DNA of 64,000 nt from positions 1 to 64,000 of the IMG/VR virus record IMGVR_UViG_3300032073_000011. One strand, written 5' to 3'. Under the pieces are notes generated by a model. It did no database searches, was not told the origin of the DNA, and saw only the letters and a program-made list of their open reading frames with translations. Shown one piece after another: positions 1 through 8,900 of the stretch. The stretch is from a virus. The stretch's first letter is position 1, and every line of letters begins with the position of its first letter. Both the position numbers and the translations under genes were made by a program.

Positions 1-176
1 GTTACCCCACCACTTTTAAACGCGTTTACGGTAGCTTCTTTAATTTTTTCATCCTTACACCATTGTGGTGCTATAGAACAAATAGATGCAATATTATAAG
101 GTAATATGAGTTCGTATTTATCATCCTCATATACAACTCTTTTATTTACCTGTTCATTTAAAGTATTCATAGTCAT
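1..176 (-). CDS. hypothetical phage protein, partial (runs off left edge)
   Basis: Manual translation MTMNTLNEQVNKRVVYEDDKYELILPYNIASICSIAPQWCKDEK... is open to base 1. TATTTATA lies 4 nt upstream. Not in the ORF track. Confidence 0.75.
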   Translation of the reverse strand, partial: MTMNTLNEQVNKRVVYEDDKYELILPYNIASICSIAPQWCKDEKIKEATVNAFKSGGV

Positions 177-196
177 CTACTATAAATATAAAGTAA

Positions 197-436
197 TTAC
201 AAGTTATATTTGGAATAGTCGGAAAGTCTTCCTTGTTTTATTTTTTGAAGTTTGGAGCATTTTTCGTACTCTTCTGTTTTTTCAAAGAAGTTGATAAGTT
301 TGTCTATGGTTTTGTGTGGTAGGTCTTTATTAACAAATTCTAAGTTTTCGTATACTTCATCTTCTTCCATAGAACTTATAATAAATTCGTAAGCTAATCT
401 AAAAGCTGCATTTTTTTCTAAGGGGTCTAACATCAT
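197..436 (-). CDS. hypothetical protein with UVR-like EEYEKC helix motif
   Basis: ORF track, tight packing, motif FEKTEEYEKCSKLQKI. Confidence 0.7.
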   Translation of the reverse strand: MMLDPLEKNAAFRLAYEFIISSMEEDEVYENLEFVNKDLPHKTIDKLINFFEKTEEYEKCSKLQKIKQGRLSDYSKYNL

Positions 437-657
437 TAGACTGTGGTTTTTTTAAGGATTTTACCATCCCATGCAATTATCTGGTCCATTTTGTATTTAG
501 CACCACTTAATGTAGGAGCCCCTACAGGTCCTATCTGTTGTACGTCTAAATCTAAGTCCCTTGTCCAAGATACCATCCATAAAAACTTTTTACGTTTTTC
601 TATAATGTATTGTATTTTACCACTTAATCTATTTTCTTCTTTTACTATTCTATACAT
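436..657 (-). CDS. hypothetical protein
   Basis: ORF abuts both neighbours (1-nt overlap and 1-nt gap). Confidence 0.7.
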   Translation of the reverse strand: MYRIVKEENRLSGKIQYIIEKRKKFLWMVSWTRDLDLDVQQIGPVGAPTLSGAKYKMDQIIAWDGKILKKTTV

Positions 658-658
658 A

Positions 659-1051
659 TTATTCTCCTTTTCTAATATAATTATACCACCAAGTTGCGGC
701 TAATATTAATACTAATAGTGTCCCCATCGTATATATTAGGAACCACGGTGTGTGGTGTTCAACAAAAAATGCTGGTACACCCATTAATACCAACCATATT
801 AGAAATATAAATCCTGTATTATTTTCTAATTTCTTTTCCACCTTAACAGTTCTTTCTTGGTTGATTAGTCTACTTAGTGCATCTTGCATATCTTTACCGT
901 ATACTGGTTGGGTGTGTTTTGTTCCATCTTTTTCACCTATTGTAACCAAGTACTTCAGGTATCCTGGATTATTTTTACTTTTTTCTACAAATTTACATGA
1001 TAGAGCTCTTCTCCTATTAAATTTATATTTATGTGTATTTTTCTTTAACAT
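659..1051 (-). CDS. hypothetical membrane protein (2 C-terminal TM helices)
   Basis: Hydrophobic segments GFIFLIWLVLMGVPAFFV and WFLIYTMGTLLVLILAATWW. Confidence 0.75.
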   Translation of the reverse strand: MLKKNTHKYKFNRRRALSCKFVEKSKNNPGYLKYLVTIGEKDGTKHTQPVYGKDMQDALSRLINQERTVKVEKKLENNTGFIFLIWLVLMGVPAFFVEHHTPWFLIYTMGTLLVLILAATWWYNYIRKGE

Positions 1052-1054
1052 TTT

Positions 1055-1249
1055 TTATTTATTATTACAAGTTTCTCTAACTTTATAAACCCAACCACTA
1101 TCTGAATTTTCTGTCATCATAGTAGCTATTCTTTGAGCTTCTTTTTCATTTTTTACGTCCCATATTTGGGATAGTCCGTCAGTCAATAAGATAAATGACT
1201 TTTTGCCCGTTTTATGGTCTATCATTTCTTTTACTATATTATATGGCAT
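1055..1249 (-). CDS. hypothetical protein
   Basis: ORF in a packed operon. Confidence 0.65.
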   Translation of the reverse strand: MPYNIVKEMIDHKTGKKSFILLTDGLSQIWDVKNEKEAQRIATMMTENSDSGWVYKVRETCNNK

Positions 1250-1436
1250 TTTTGTATTTTTTATTTAAAAGGTTAATATAAAAATCTGCTACTCCTGGTC
1301 CTAATAAATCGTTCCACTTATTTTCAAAGTTTTTTATCAGTTTTTTCAAAGCTGGTTTATGAACTTCTTTGTTAAGTGGGTTATTTAGTACTTTAAGTAC
1401 AAAATCAGCATCTTTTTTAATATTAGGACTTTTCAT
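1239..1436 (-). CDS. hypothetical protein
   Basis: ORF with TATATTTG 4 nt upstream of the ATG. Confidence 0.65.
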   Translation of the reverse strand: MKSPNIKKDADFVLKVLNNPLNKEVHKPALKKLIKNFENKWNDLLGPGVADFYINLLNKKYKNAI

Positions 1437-1440
1437 GCCA

Positions 1441-1448
1441 CAAATATA
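1441..1448 (-). promoter_or_regulatory. Bacteroidota-type -7 promoter element TATATTTG
   Basis: Exact TAnnTTTG match, 4 nt before the ATG at 1436. Confidence 0.6.
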
Positions 1449-1463
1449 ATAATTATTTTTTAA

Positions 1464-2510
1464 CTATTCTACTAATTCTGGTTGTGGTTTTAACGTTTCT
1501 AATAATCTTTTAGTTATTTTATATGGGTCACCGTTACTTCCAGGTCTTCTATCTTCAACATAACCTTTCCATTTGTTTTTTACTGTGGACACCGGAATTC
1601 TAATACTAGCTCCTCTGTCGGACACACCATAACTAAATTTATCTATAGCTTGTGTTTCATGTAATCCAGTTAACCTTTTTTCATTATCACTACCATAATT
1701 ATTGATATGTTCTTCATGATAAAATGATAGTGTGTCACAAATACCTTCTATCAAATCTTTACCACCCACTTCTCTCATTTCTTTGGTTGAGAAGTTTACG
1801 TGCATTCCTGAACCATTCCAATCCCCTTCCACTGGTTTTGGTCTTAGGTCTACTGTTACTCCATGATTTTCTGTTATTCTATATAAAAGATATCTACTAA
1901 CCCATAAGTCATCGGCAACTTTTAAAGCTCCTTTACCAAACAGTTGGTACTCCCATTGACCTAACATTACTTCCGCATTAACTCCTGTAATTTCTAAACC
2001 GATATTCATACAAGCATCTAAGTGTTGTTCTACAATTTCTCTACCAATAACCCTATCTGTACCCACACCACAATAATACTTTCCTTGTGGTTCTGGATAT
2101 CCTTCTTTTGGGAATCCTAGTGGTTTACCGTCTTTTATTAAAACATATTCTTGTTCGAACCCAAACCACCAACCTTCTCTATGTCTGTGAAAGTCATAGT
2201 CTTCTAATTGTGCTCTTTCATTAGTTTTATGTGAAATACCTTTTTCGTTCAATACCTCACATAATGCAAGATAAGAACCTACTCTTTGTGGGTCTGGATA
2301 AACTCTTACTGGTCTTAGGATACAATCGGAATTATTACCCACGGCTTGTTGTGTTGAACTACCGTCAAATGACCATTCTGGTAAATCTTCTGGTTTAGGT
2401 GTTATGATTGTACTATCTAAATCTACAATCTTAGTTTTACTTCTTAGTGTTTGTTCTGGTTGAGTTCCGTCTAACCAGATGTATTCAATTTTTGTTTTAA
2501 TTTTTGTCAT
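1464..2510 (-). CDS. glnII: glutamine synthetase type II
   Basis: Motifs EYIWLDG, LRSKTK, WSFDGSST, GFEQEY, NAEVMLGQWEYQ, DWNGSGMH, RLTGLHET, RGASIRIP, EDRRP. Length of 348 aa is typical of GSII. Confidence 0.95.
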   Translation of the reverse strand: MTKIKTKIEYIWLDGTQPEQTLRSKTKIVDLDSTIITPKPEDLPEWSFDGSSTQQAVGNNSDCILRPVRVYPDPQRVGSYLALCEVLNEKGISHKTNERAQLEDYDFHRHREGWWFGFEQEYVLIKDGKPLGFPKEGYPEPQGKYYCGVGTDRVIGREIVEQHLDACMNIGLEITGVNAEVMLGQWEYQLFGKGALKVADDLWVSRYLLYRITENHGVTVDLRPKPVEGDWNGSGMHVNFSTKEMREVGGKDLIEGICDTLSFYHEEHINNYGSDNEKRLTGLHETQAIDKFSYGVSDRGASIRIPVSTVKNKWKGYVEDRRPGSNGDPYKITKRLLETLKPQPELVE

Positions 2511-2659
2511 TTTTCAATTTGATTAAATAATTTATCTAGTCTTTGTTGTAATTTTTGTACTTCTTCTTTACTCTTATAGTCGTGCAACTTTAGACTTGTG
2601 AGAATTTTTTGTATTTCTCTTATTTCTTTTTGTATATCTTCTTTTGTTTGCTTAGTCAT
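2507..2659 (-). CDS. small coiled-coil hypothetical protein (50 aa)
   Basis: Manual translation MTKQTKEDIQKEIREIQKILTSLKLHDYKSKEEVQKLQQRLDKLFNQIEK. Its stop overlaps the glnII start (ATGA). Confidence 0.65.
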   Translation of the reverse strand: MTKQTKEDIQKEIREIQKILTSLKLHDYKSKEEVQKLQQRLDKLFNQIEK

Positions 2660-2663
2660 TTTA

Positions 2664-2671
2664 TATTTATA
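2664..2671 (+). promoter_or_regulatory. putative phage late promoter TATTTATA
   Basis: Recurrent motif, 5 nt upstream of the ATG at 2677. Confidence 0.5.
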
Positions 2672-2676
2672 ATAAT

Positions 2677-3012
2677 ATGAATGTTATTTTAGATAATAAA
2701 GTCCTTCCACTAGAGATTATGTCTAGCCCTAATGCTATTAGTACTGGTATGATGGGCAGGGAATTTCTTAATGGTGGAATGCTTTTTATTTTTCCGGAAG
2801 TTTCAGAACGTTCTTTCTGGATGAAAGATTGTTTAATGTCTTTAGATATAATCTTTATCATTAATAATAAAGTTACTAAAGTACATAATAATTGTCCACC
2901 CTGTTATGAAAATAATTGTGAATCTTATAAAGGTATATCGGATAAAGTTTTAGAAGTTCCTTCTGGAAAATTTAATGTAAGTGAGGGTGATGTTTTAGAA
3001 TTTACTCAGTAG
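2677..3012 (+). CDS. DUF192 family protein
   Basis: Motifs GMMGR, GMLFIF, FWMKDCLMSLDIIFI, VLEV..G. Confidence 0.85.
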   Translation: MNVILDNKVLPLEIMSSPNAISTGMMGREFLNGGMLFIFPEVSERSFWMKDCLMSLDIIFIINNKVTKVHNNCPPCYENNCESYKGISDKVLEVPSGKFNVSEGDVLEFTQ

Positions 3013-4447
3013 CGTCTATATTTTCTTTAATTTTCTTAACCATTTCTTTCTGTACCCATTTTACAAATTCTACATATCTTGTTGGTTTGGCATCTGATTT
3101 TTTCTTGTAAGGTCCTTCTGGTTGTCTAGTTGCTCTACTAAAGAAATTTAACCCACTAATATTAGTTATACATTTGTGACCACCACTATTAGCTTGTATA
3201 ACATCCCAAGCTGGTACAGTTATCTTATCTAAAACTGCTTTTTGTTTTTCACTCAAATTGTCCCATGGTGTATCAATTATACTAACCGCCATATCATAGT
3301 ATTTAGAATCTGTTGATGGCATATTTTGTAAATGGTCTTTGTAGAGAGCGAATAAGTCTGAAGTTTTAAACCCAATACTTTCTCCTTCTGCTTTTGTCTC
3401 CCCTATTCTTTTAATAACAGAAACTGGTACTTGATGTTTTTTAAGTTGTGGTTCAACTTCTTTAAGTACTTCTTGTGCTATATCCCCTAAGTTAACACCT
3501 TTAAGAGCTCTGTCTTTCTTGAAGGGGTTACACGAAGCTTGTACAAGACCCATTGGCCATGCAACTACAAAAAAGTCAGCGTCAGGATAAATTTTAAATG
3601 GTGTATATCTATCATATGAACCTGGTTTAAATAGTCTACCACCACCATACTGTACTATTATATTACCATCTAGGTTTAGATTATTACTTTTTTGTTGTGA
3701 CTTTATGTATTCTGCTTGATTTTGTGCCATTTCTTCTGGTGAAGCAAATCCTTTTTCTTTTGCGTATGAAGTTATGTTTTGATATATGTTCATTAAGGAC
3801 GGTGAAGAATTCATAACTAAATGTTCTAAAAATCCTGGTTTGTTTTTGTAAGCTAATAATAATTTGTTGGTTAAAAGACCTAGCATCCATCTTTTTTCGT
3901 AAGTCTGGTCGCCAGATTCGAAATCTCTAATTAGATTCATTACTTGTTCTGGTTCAATATCGTGTTTTGCATAGTCCGCAGAATCTACAGTATTAATCAT
4001 CATTATATCTTCATCAGTGAAAATATCACTAGGACTTATAGTTTGTGAAATAGTTTCTACGTTTGAACGTGCTCCTCTAAATTGTGTTGCCGTGTCGTCT
4101 TCTACACCTGCTTGTGAATCGTGGTGGTCCGTATGAATTTTAAATATTGGTTTTCCATGTGCAAAATCTACTAGTACCGGCATTACATCCTCACTAGCTT
4201 GTGGTTTTTTTACTGAAAATTCTTTATCACCATATTGTATTACGTGGGTATCGATAACATCTATACCGTATTTTTCTAAATAATTTTTCATACCTAATGC
4301 TGATACAACACCATCTAAATCCTGATGGAAATATATCTCTGCTTTAGGGTATCTCTGAGCTAACTTATTAATATCTCTAATACCACCTTCATTTAAAAGT
4401 GATTTATTAATAAAATCTAATTGTTTTTCTGTTATCTCTATTTTCAT
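3002..4447 (-). CDS. DHH-superfamily phosphoesterase with N-terminal ITExQ leader
   Basis: Motif I HQDLDG, motif II VLVDF, motif III TDHH, C-terminal SGGH. Confidence 0.75.
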   Translation of the reverse strand: MKIEITEKQLDFINKSLLNEGGIRDINKLAQRYPKAEIYFHQDLDGVVSALGMKNYLEKYGIDVIDTHVIQYGDKEFSVKKPQASEDVMPVLVDFAHGKPIFKIHTDHHDSQAGVEDDTATQFRGARSNVETISQTISPSDIFTDEDIMMINTVDSADYAKHDIEPEQVMNLIRDFESGDQTYEKRWMLGLLTNKLLLAYKNKPGFLEHLVMNSSPSLMNIYQNITSYAKEKGFASPEEMAQNQAEYIKSQQKSNNLNLDGNIIVQYGGGRLFKPGSYDRYTPFKIYPDADFFVVAWPMGLVQASCNPFKKDRALKGVNLGDIAQEVLKEVEPQLKKHQVPVSVIKRIGETKAEGESIGFKTSDLFALYKDHLQNMPSTDSKYYDMAVSIIDTPWDNLSEKQKAVLDKITVPAWDVIQANSGGHKCITNISGLNFFSRATRQPEGPYKKKSDAKPTRYVEFVKWVQKEMVKKIKENIDATE

Positions 4448-4451
4448 ATTA

Positions 4452-4459
4452 TATAAATA
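4452..4459 (-). promoter_or_regulatory. putative late promoter TATTTATA
   Basis: Recurrent motif, 4 nt upstream of the ATG at 4447. Confidence 0.55.
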
Positions 4460-5026
4460 CTACCCCAACCCGTTAACAAAGTGTTGGTATTCTTTTTCTC
4501 TTCTCTTTTTTAATCCTGGAAATTTACTACTAACTCTATACGTTTTAATTGTTTCTGCGGCTTTTTTATAATCGTTAGTTTCTAACACCCCTATACTTTT
4601 TAATAATGCTATTACATTCGACCTCCTTAATCCCCCAGAACCCCCATTATAAGATAATGATAATAAACTATCATACATATTTTGAGTTATGGGTACATAT
4701 ATACCTTGTTCTTCCCATTTTTTAAAAATTTTTCTTAGTCTGTCCGCATGGTAGTTGGAGTCTTCTCGTAATATCTTATTGGCTTCATCTTCACAGTTTA
4801 CACCGTCCCCTAATACATCACCCTCTTTTACCCCTTCTGTATGTCCATAACCTATTGTCCATTTACCATCCCCAATATTGTATGCTTTACATTTTAAACT
4901 CTCTTCATCTCTAATATGACTCCAATACCAATTTGAAGCTTTTAAATCAGAAGCTCTAACAAACTTAGAACTATCTAATTGTTCTGTTATTAATTTAAGT
5001 TGGTTTTCTGTTATTAATATACGCAT
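4460..5026 (-). CDS. GH24 (T4/P21-like) lysozyme with ITENQ leader
   Basis: Catalytic E-x8-(D/G)-x5-T region EESLKCKAYNIGDGKWTIGYGHT, plus SLSYNGG and GLKKRREKE. Confidence 0.9.
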   Translation of the reverse strand: MRILITENQLKLITEQLDSSKFVRASDLKASNWYWSHIRDEESLKCKAYNIGDGKWTIGYGHTEGVKEGDVLGDGVNCEDEANKILREDSNYHADRLRKIFKKWEEQGIYVPITQNMYDSLLSLSYNGGSGGLRRSNVIALLKSIGVLETNDYKKAAETIKTYRVSSKFPGLKKRREKEYQHFVNGLG

Positions 5027-5066
5027 AAAAAAAGTCGTTTACAATAAATATAATGATAAGCGACTT
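5027..5066 (-). promoter_or_regulatory. hairpin (AAGTCGCTTA...TAAACGACTT + U-run) enclosing a TATTTAT promoter directly before the lysozyme ATG
   Basis: Inverted repeat read directly, with TATTTAT (5044-5050) in the loop. Confidence 0.55.
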
Positions 5067-5080
5067 ACACCATAAATAAA

Positions 5081-5569
5081 TTATACCTTTTCCCATTTAC
5101 CATTATTCAATAATTTAAATGTTCCTATGTACATTTTATCCCATTGATTGGGTTCTATTAAGCTGAGGAATAGTTCCTTATTTTTATTTTCGTATAAGTG
5201 ATAGTGTTCTCCCAATATAGGTTGGAAGTTGTAGGTAGATTTGTACACTAGGCTTGTCCAGTTATATTCCTCAACTAATCTTTTGTACTCGTCCTTTAAT
5301 TCATTTAGTCTGGATTGAAAGTATTTGTCCGCTTTTATAGAGTCTGACTTATCTACATTTATAGGTTCAAACTTTTGTGAACCTACTGTGGTGGGGTAAG
5401 ATTTTAAGTTAGCGTCAAACTCTCCAGAATCTTCATTATAAACCACGTTATCTGGATATTTTTTTTTCATTTTATCTTTATATTCATACCAAGAAGGATT
5501 GGGTAGTTCCGAGTAGTGGTCCCACAATTCTTTTTCAACAATTTCAGGTTTTTTTTCCATTACATACAA
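5081..5569 (-). CDS. DUF2452 family protein
   Basis: Motifs YPTTVGS.KFEP, YNFQPILGEHYHLY, FLSLIEP.QW. The family is common in Bacteroidota. Confidence 0.75.
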   Translation of the reverse strand: MYVMEKKPEIVEKELWDHYSELPNPSWYEYKDKMKKKYPDNVVYNEDSGEFDANLKSYPTTVGSQKFEPINVDKSDSIKADKYFQSRLNELKDEYKRLVEEYNWTSLVYKSTYNFQPILGEHYHLYENKNKELFLSLIEPNQWDKMYIGTFKLLNNGKWEKV

Positions 5570-6456
5570 CTAAAATACCTCTCTCCCCTATCACATAGTA
5601 TGGTAAGTGCCTGTGTTTCATCATTATCCCTTAACCACTGAAATGACGCAAATACATTTGCCGCTGCACTTATCCCCACAAATAACCCATACCTTTTTGC
5701 GAGATGTCTAGCACAAGCCTTCGCACATTCAGTACTTACCATCCTAACTTCAGAAACTTTTTCCATATCTACCAAAAATTTACTACCATCACCGATTCCT
5801 TGTATTCCATGTAATCCTGGTTCAAAACCAGACATAACAGCACTTTCTGCTGGTTCTATAGCTACCGTTTTTATATTGGGCCACATTTCTTTTAAGAATT
5901 TATTAGTACCCATTAATGTACCACCTGTACCGGTACCAGCCACAAAAACTGCGGGAATAGACTTTTCACTTTTAAGTTCTTTATATTGATTATAGAATTC
6001 CGGCCCAGTAGTTTGGTAGTGTGCTTGTATATTTAATGGATTATGGAATTGGTTGCAATTAAACCATTTATTGTCTTCACACATTTTATTTCTTAATTCT
6101 ATTGCACCATCAAAATTACCGTCATCAACTTCAATTAATTCAGCTCCATAATATCTAAACATATTTTTACGTTCTTCGGACATGTTGGATGGCATAATTA
6201 TAACCATCTTATACCCTCTTTCCGCAGCTAACATCGCAAATGCAATCCCACTATTACCACTAGTAGCTTCACATAAAGTACTTCCTTTAATAATTAAACC
6301 ATTTTTTTCAGCATTATTAATTATAAAAGTGGCCATCCTATCTTTAACAGAACCACTAGGATTCATAAACTCAGCTTTCCCCCAAACAGTATAACCACCT
6401 ATGGTTATTGGTATTAATGGGGTGTTGCCTACATTATCAGATAGTTTAGTTTTCAT
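5560..6456 (-). CDS. cysK: cysteine synthase (O-acetylserine sulfhydrylase, PLP-dependent)
   Basis: Motifs GNTPL, NPSGSVKDR (PLP Lys), EATSGNSG, NQF.NP.N, GTGTGGT, IQGIG. CysK versus CysM is not resolved. Confidence 0.9.
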   Translation of the reverse strand: MKTKLSDNVGNTPLIPITIGGYTVWGKAEFMNPSGSVKDRMATFIINNAEKNGLIIKGSTLCEATSGNSGIAFAMLAAERGYKMVIIMPSNMSEERKNMFRYYGAELIEVDDGNFDGAIELRNKMCEDNKWFNCNQFHNPLNIQAHYQTTGPEFYNQYKELKSEKSIPAVFVAGTGTGGTLMGTNKFLKEMWPNIKTVAIEPAESAVMSGFEPGLHGIQGIGDGSKFLVDMEKVSEVRMVSTECAKACARHLAKRYGLFVGISAAANVFASFQWLRDNDETQALTILCDRGERYFSCM

Positions 6457-6884
6457 TATCCTTCTATTTCTACATTAAACTTGTCTCCTTGTTGTATTTT
6501 TTCTATAACGTCTAGTCCTTCTACTACTTTACCAAAACAGGTGTGATTACGGTCTAAGTGTTGTGTCGCATTTCTTGTGTGTACAAGAAAAAACTGTGAC
6601 CCACCCGTATTTCTACCAGCGTGTGCCATTGAGAGTACCCCTCTATCGTGAAATTGGTTATCTCCGTCTAATTCACAGTCTATCTTATATCCTGGTCCAC
6701 CAGCACCAGTCCCATTAGGACAACCTCCTTGAGCTACAAACCCAGGAATTACCCTATGAAAGTTTAGGTCTTTATAAAACCCTTCTTTTGCTAATTTAAC
6801 AAAATTATTTACTGTATTTGGTGCGTCTTTTTCATAGAACTCTACCACCATAGTTCCTTTATCTGTACTAATTTTACCTTTCAT
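6456..6884 (-). CDS. cyclophilin-type peptidyl-prolyl cis-trans isomerase
   Basis: Motifs APNTVNNF, FHRVIPGFVAQGG, LSMAHAGRNTGGSQFF, LD..HTCFGKVVEG. Confidence 0.95.
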   Translation of the reverse strand: MKGKISTDKGTMVVEFYEKDAPNTVNNFVKLAKEGFYKDLNFHRVIPGFVAQGGCPNGTGAGGPGYKIDCELDGDNQFHDRGVLSMAHAGRNTGGSQFFLVHTRNATQHLDRNHTCFGKVVEGLDVIEKIQQGDKFNVEIEG

Positions 6885-6905
6885 ATTAATTAATTATTTT
6901 ATTTA

Positions 6906-7337
6906 TTACATATATTCATTTACTGCTTCGTATATCACTTCTTGTTCTTCCTCATCAAAACTTTCCTCACCCTCTAGAAATGTAGCGTCCCCACCGTGTT
7001 CATCACTATACTCTTCTACCACAAATTTACGGTCACCATATGAACCATAAGCTTCAAATTTAAAAGCAAACCATGTTTCGTAGTTGTTTTCAACATATAC
7101 CTTATCATCACCAGCTTCTTCAATAGTGTCAACATAAGTCATGTCATCTAGTTGTTCAAAAATAACAACTTTATCATCATCAGTGAAATTTTCTTCACCT
7201 TCCATGTAAACAAGTTCTCGTTCATCATTCATGTCTTGCATACTTGCTTTAAAATCTTTTCCTTTATACTTTCCAATATAAGTGTGTTTGCCCTCTTCGT
7301 GGGTCTTTACTTTGTCGTTAATTACTACTTCTGCCAT
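6906..7337 (-). CDS. highly acidic hypothetical protein with internal duplication
   Basis: D/E-rich, with two copies of Y...F...EGEE.F....VI.E. Confidence 0.75.
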   Translation of the reverse strand: MAEVVINDKVKTHEEGKHTYIGKYKGKDFKASMQDMNDERELVYMEGEENFTDDDKVVIFEQLDDMTYVDTIEEAGDDKVYVENNYETWFAFKFEAYGSYGDRKFVVEEYSDEHGGDATFLEGEESFDEEEQEVIYEAVNEYM

Positions 7338-7340
7338 TTT

Positions 7341-7601
7341 TTAATTTTTTTTTAATTTATTAATTTCTCTGTTTATATACCAACTTGCTTTTTCCAAGTC
7401 TTCTAATGTATTAATTTTTTTACCTGCCCTAGAAATATACTTTACTGTATTACCCAAATTAAATCCTAAGTCCCACGCTTCAATAACTTTAATAGCTTCA
7501 TATAGGTTATCTTTTCCACCATAATGATTTGGGTGATTTACCTTTTCTGATTGTTTACGATTAAACTCTATTATTTCTTCGTTTGTAGGGTACTTACTCA
7601 T
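7341..7601 (-). CDS. DUF3310 (SaV-like) protein
   Basis: Motifs VNHPNHY, EAIKVIE, GFNLGNTVKYISRAGKK, EDLEKA.WY. Confidence 0.9.
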   Translation of the reverse strand: MSKYPTNEEIIEFNRKQSEKVNHPNHYGGKDNLYEAIKVIEAWDLGFNLGNTVKYISRAGKKINTLEDLEKASWYINREINKLKKN

Positions 7602-7932
7602 TTTTATCTTTTTTTATATAATCTTTTACTTTTGTGTATTGGGAATCACCTAACAGTGTAGTTTCATATCTTTTATATATGTAACTTTTAAGTTCTTCAA
7701 TATCTTTAAACTTACTATCACAAACACTTACTATCTTAATATCTGTTTCTTCTTCGTCGGGAAAAAGTAATACTTCATAACCACTCTTATCACTTAAATC
7801 AAAAGCAAATTTTTCCAAATCCCCTATTCTTAGTGTCGTTGGTTTGGATAATTTTACCATCATTAGTGGTCTATATTTTTCTAATAGTAGTTCGTTTGCT
7901 ATTCTTTCAGTATTTGTAATATTTTTAGACAT
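7594..7932 (-). CDS. hypothetical protein
   Basis: ORF with TTG-N20-TAAATTTT upstream. Confidence 0.7.
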   Translation of the reverse strand: MSKNITNTERIANELLLEKYRPLMMVKLSKPTTLRIGDLEKFAFDLSDKSGYEVLLFPDEEETDIKIVSVCDSKFKDIEELKSYIYKRYETTLLGDSQYTKVKDYIKKDKNE

Positions 7933-7982
7933 ACGAAAATTTAAACAAAGTTAAAAATATTGTCAATATGTGAATTGTATTT

Positions 7983-8306
7983 TTAATTCAGACAAAAAGG
8001 TGGGTACCCGTCTTTATAGTGGACGAATAATTTTTCTATCTTTTGTTGTTGTTTTATATAATCTCTTACTTTTATTTCTTTAGAAATGTCTTCTACTGCT
8101 AAATCGGTAACTATTTCTAACATTTCTTCAGAACTTAACATGGGGTCACCATTTTTTTTAATGTTAATGGTCGCTTTATTAGCGACCATTTTATAAAACC
8201 TATCCATATCTATTTTACCGTGACCAAACATATCTCTAAATGCTTCCTTATCTGTGTTAAAGAAATCTTTAAGTTTTTGTAAATAGATTTGTAAATCAAC
8301 ATCCAT
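7983..8306 (-). CDS. hypothetical protein
   Basis: ORF. Start moved to MDVDL because the track ATG at 8312 lies inside a TATTTAT motif. Confidence 0.65.
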   Translation of the reverse strand: MDVDLQIYLQKLKDFFNTDKEAFRDMFGHGKIDMDRFYKMVANKATINIKKNGDPMLSSEEMLEIVTDLAVEDISKEIKVRDYIKQQQKIEKLFVHYKDGYPPFCLN

Positions 8307-8317
8307 ATACATAAATA

Positions 8318-8602
8318 TTACACTAAATTGTATTTTTTAATTAATCTTTTGTCTATAGTGGTTGTTTTTCCTTCTTTTTTAAGAATATCGTAGACTTTTT
8401 GTGCCGCAACTTTTACATCTTTTATGCCTCCTTCAATTTTATTTTTACTCTTGTAAATCATAACCTCGACACTTCCAGGTGTTGTAACCACATTACCACC
8501 AACTTTTCTACTAGTTTCTTGTGTTATTTTTTGTCTTACTTCGTAATTCACCATTTTACAGATATGGTGACCTCTTTTTTCCATCATTCTATTTCCACCC
8601 AT
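8318..8602 (-). CDS. hypothetical basic protein
   Basis: ORF in a packed operon. Confidence 0.7.
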   Translation of the reverse strand: MGGNRMMEKRGHHICKMVNYEVRQKITQETSRKVGGNVVTTPGSVEVMIYKSKNKIEGGIKDVKVAAQKVYDILKKEGKTTTIDKRLIKKYNLV

Positions 8603-8615
8603 TTTATTTTATTTT

Positions 8616-8864
8616 TTAAAAATTAATACTAGTCCATTTTGAATTACCTCCAAAGGTAATTATTTTATCAAACATACTGGACTGATACATACTTTTTAGA
8701 TTTTCTGCTTCTTCTAATTTACCAAAAAGTTTTAAGTCGTTGTATCCAAAATTATTTTTCATAAATAAATCTAATTCTCTCCCACCTAAGATAAGGTTAA
8801 CATGTCTAACAACCCAGTCTTGGAAGTCATAGGTGTCCCAGTTTGATTTTTCTTGTTTTTCCAT
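8616..8864 (-). CDS. hypothetical protein
   Basis: ORF with TATATTTG 4 nt upstream. Confidence 0.7.
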   Translation of the reverse strand: MEKQEKSNWDTYDFQDWVVRHVNLILGGRELDLFMKNNFGYNDLKLFGKLEEAENLKSMYQSSMFDKIITFGGNSKWTSINF

Positions 8865-8868
8865 AGTA

Positions 8869-8876
8869 CAAATATA
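8869..8876 (-). promoter_or_regulatory. Bacteroidota-type -7 element TATATTTG
   Basis: Exact TAnnTTTG match 4 nt before the ATG. Confidence 0.6.
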
Positions 8877-8900
8877 CGACTTTTTTATTATTTTATTGTA

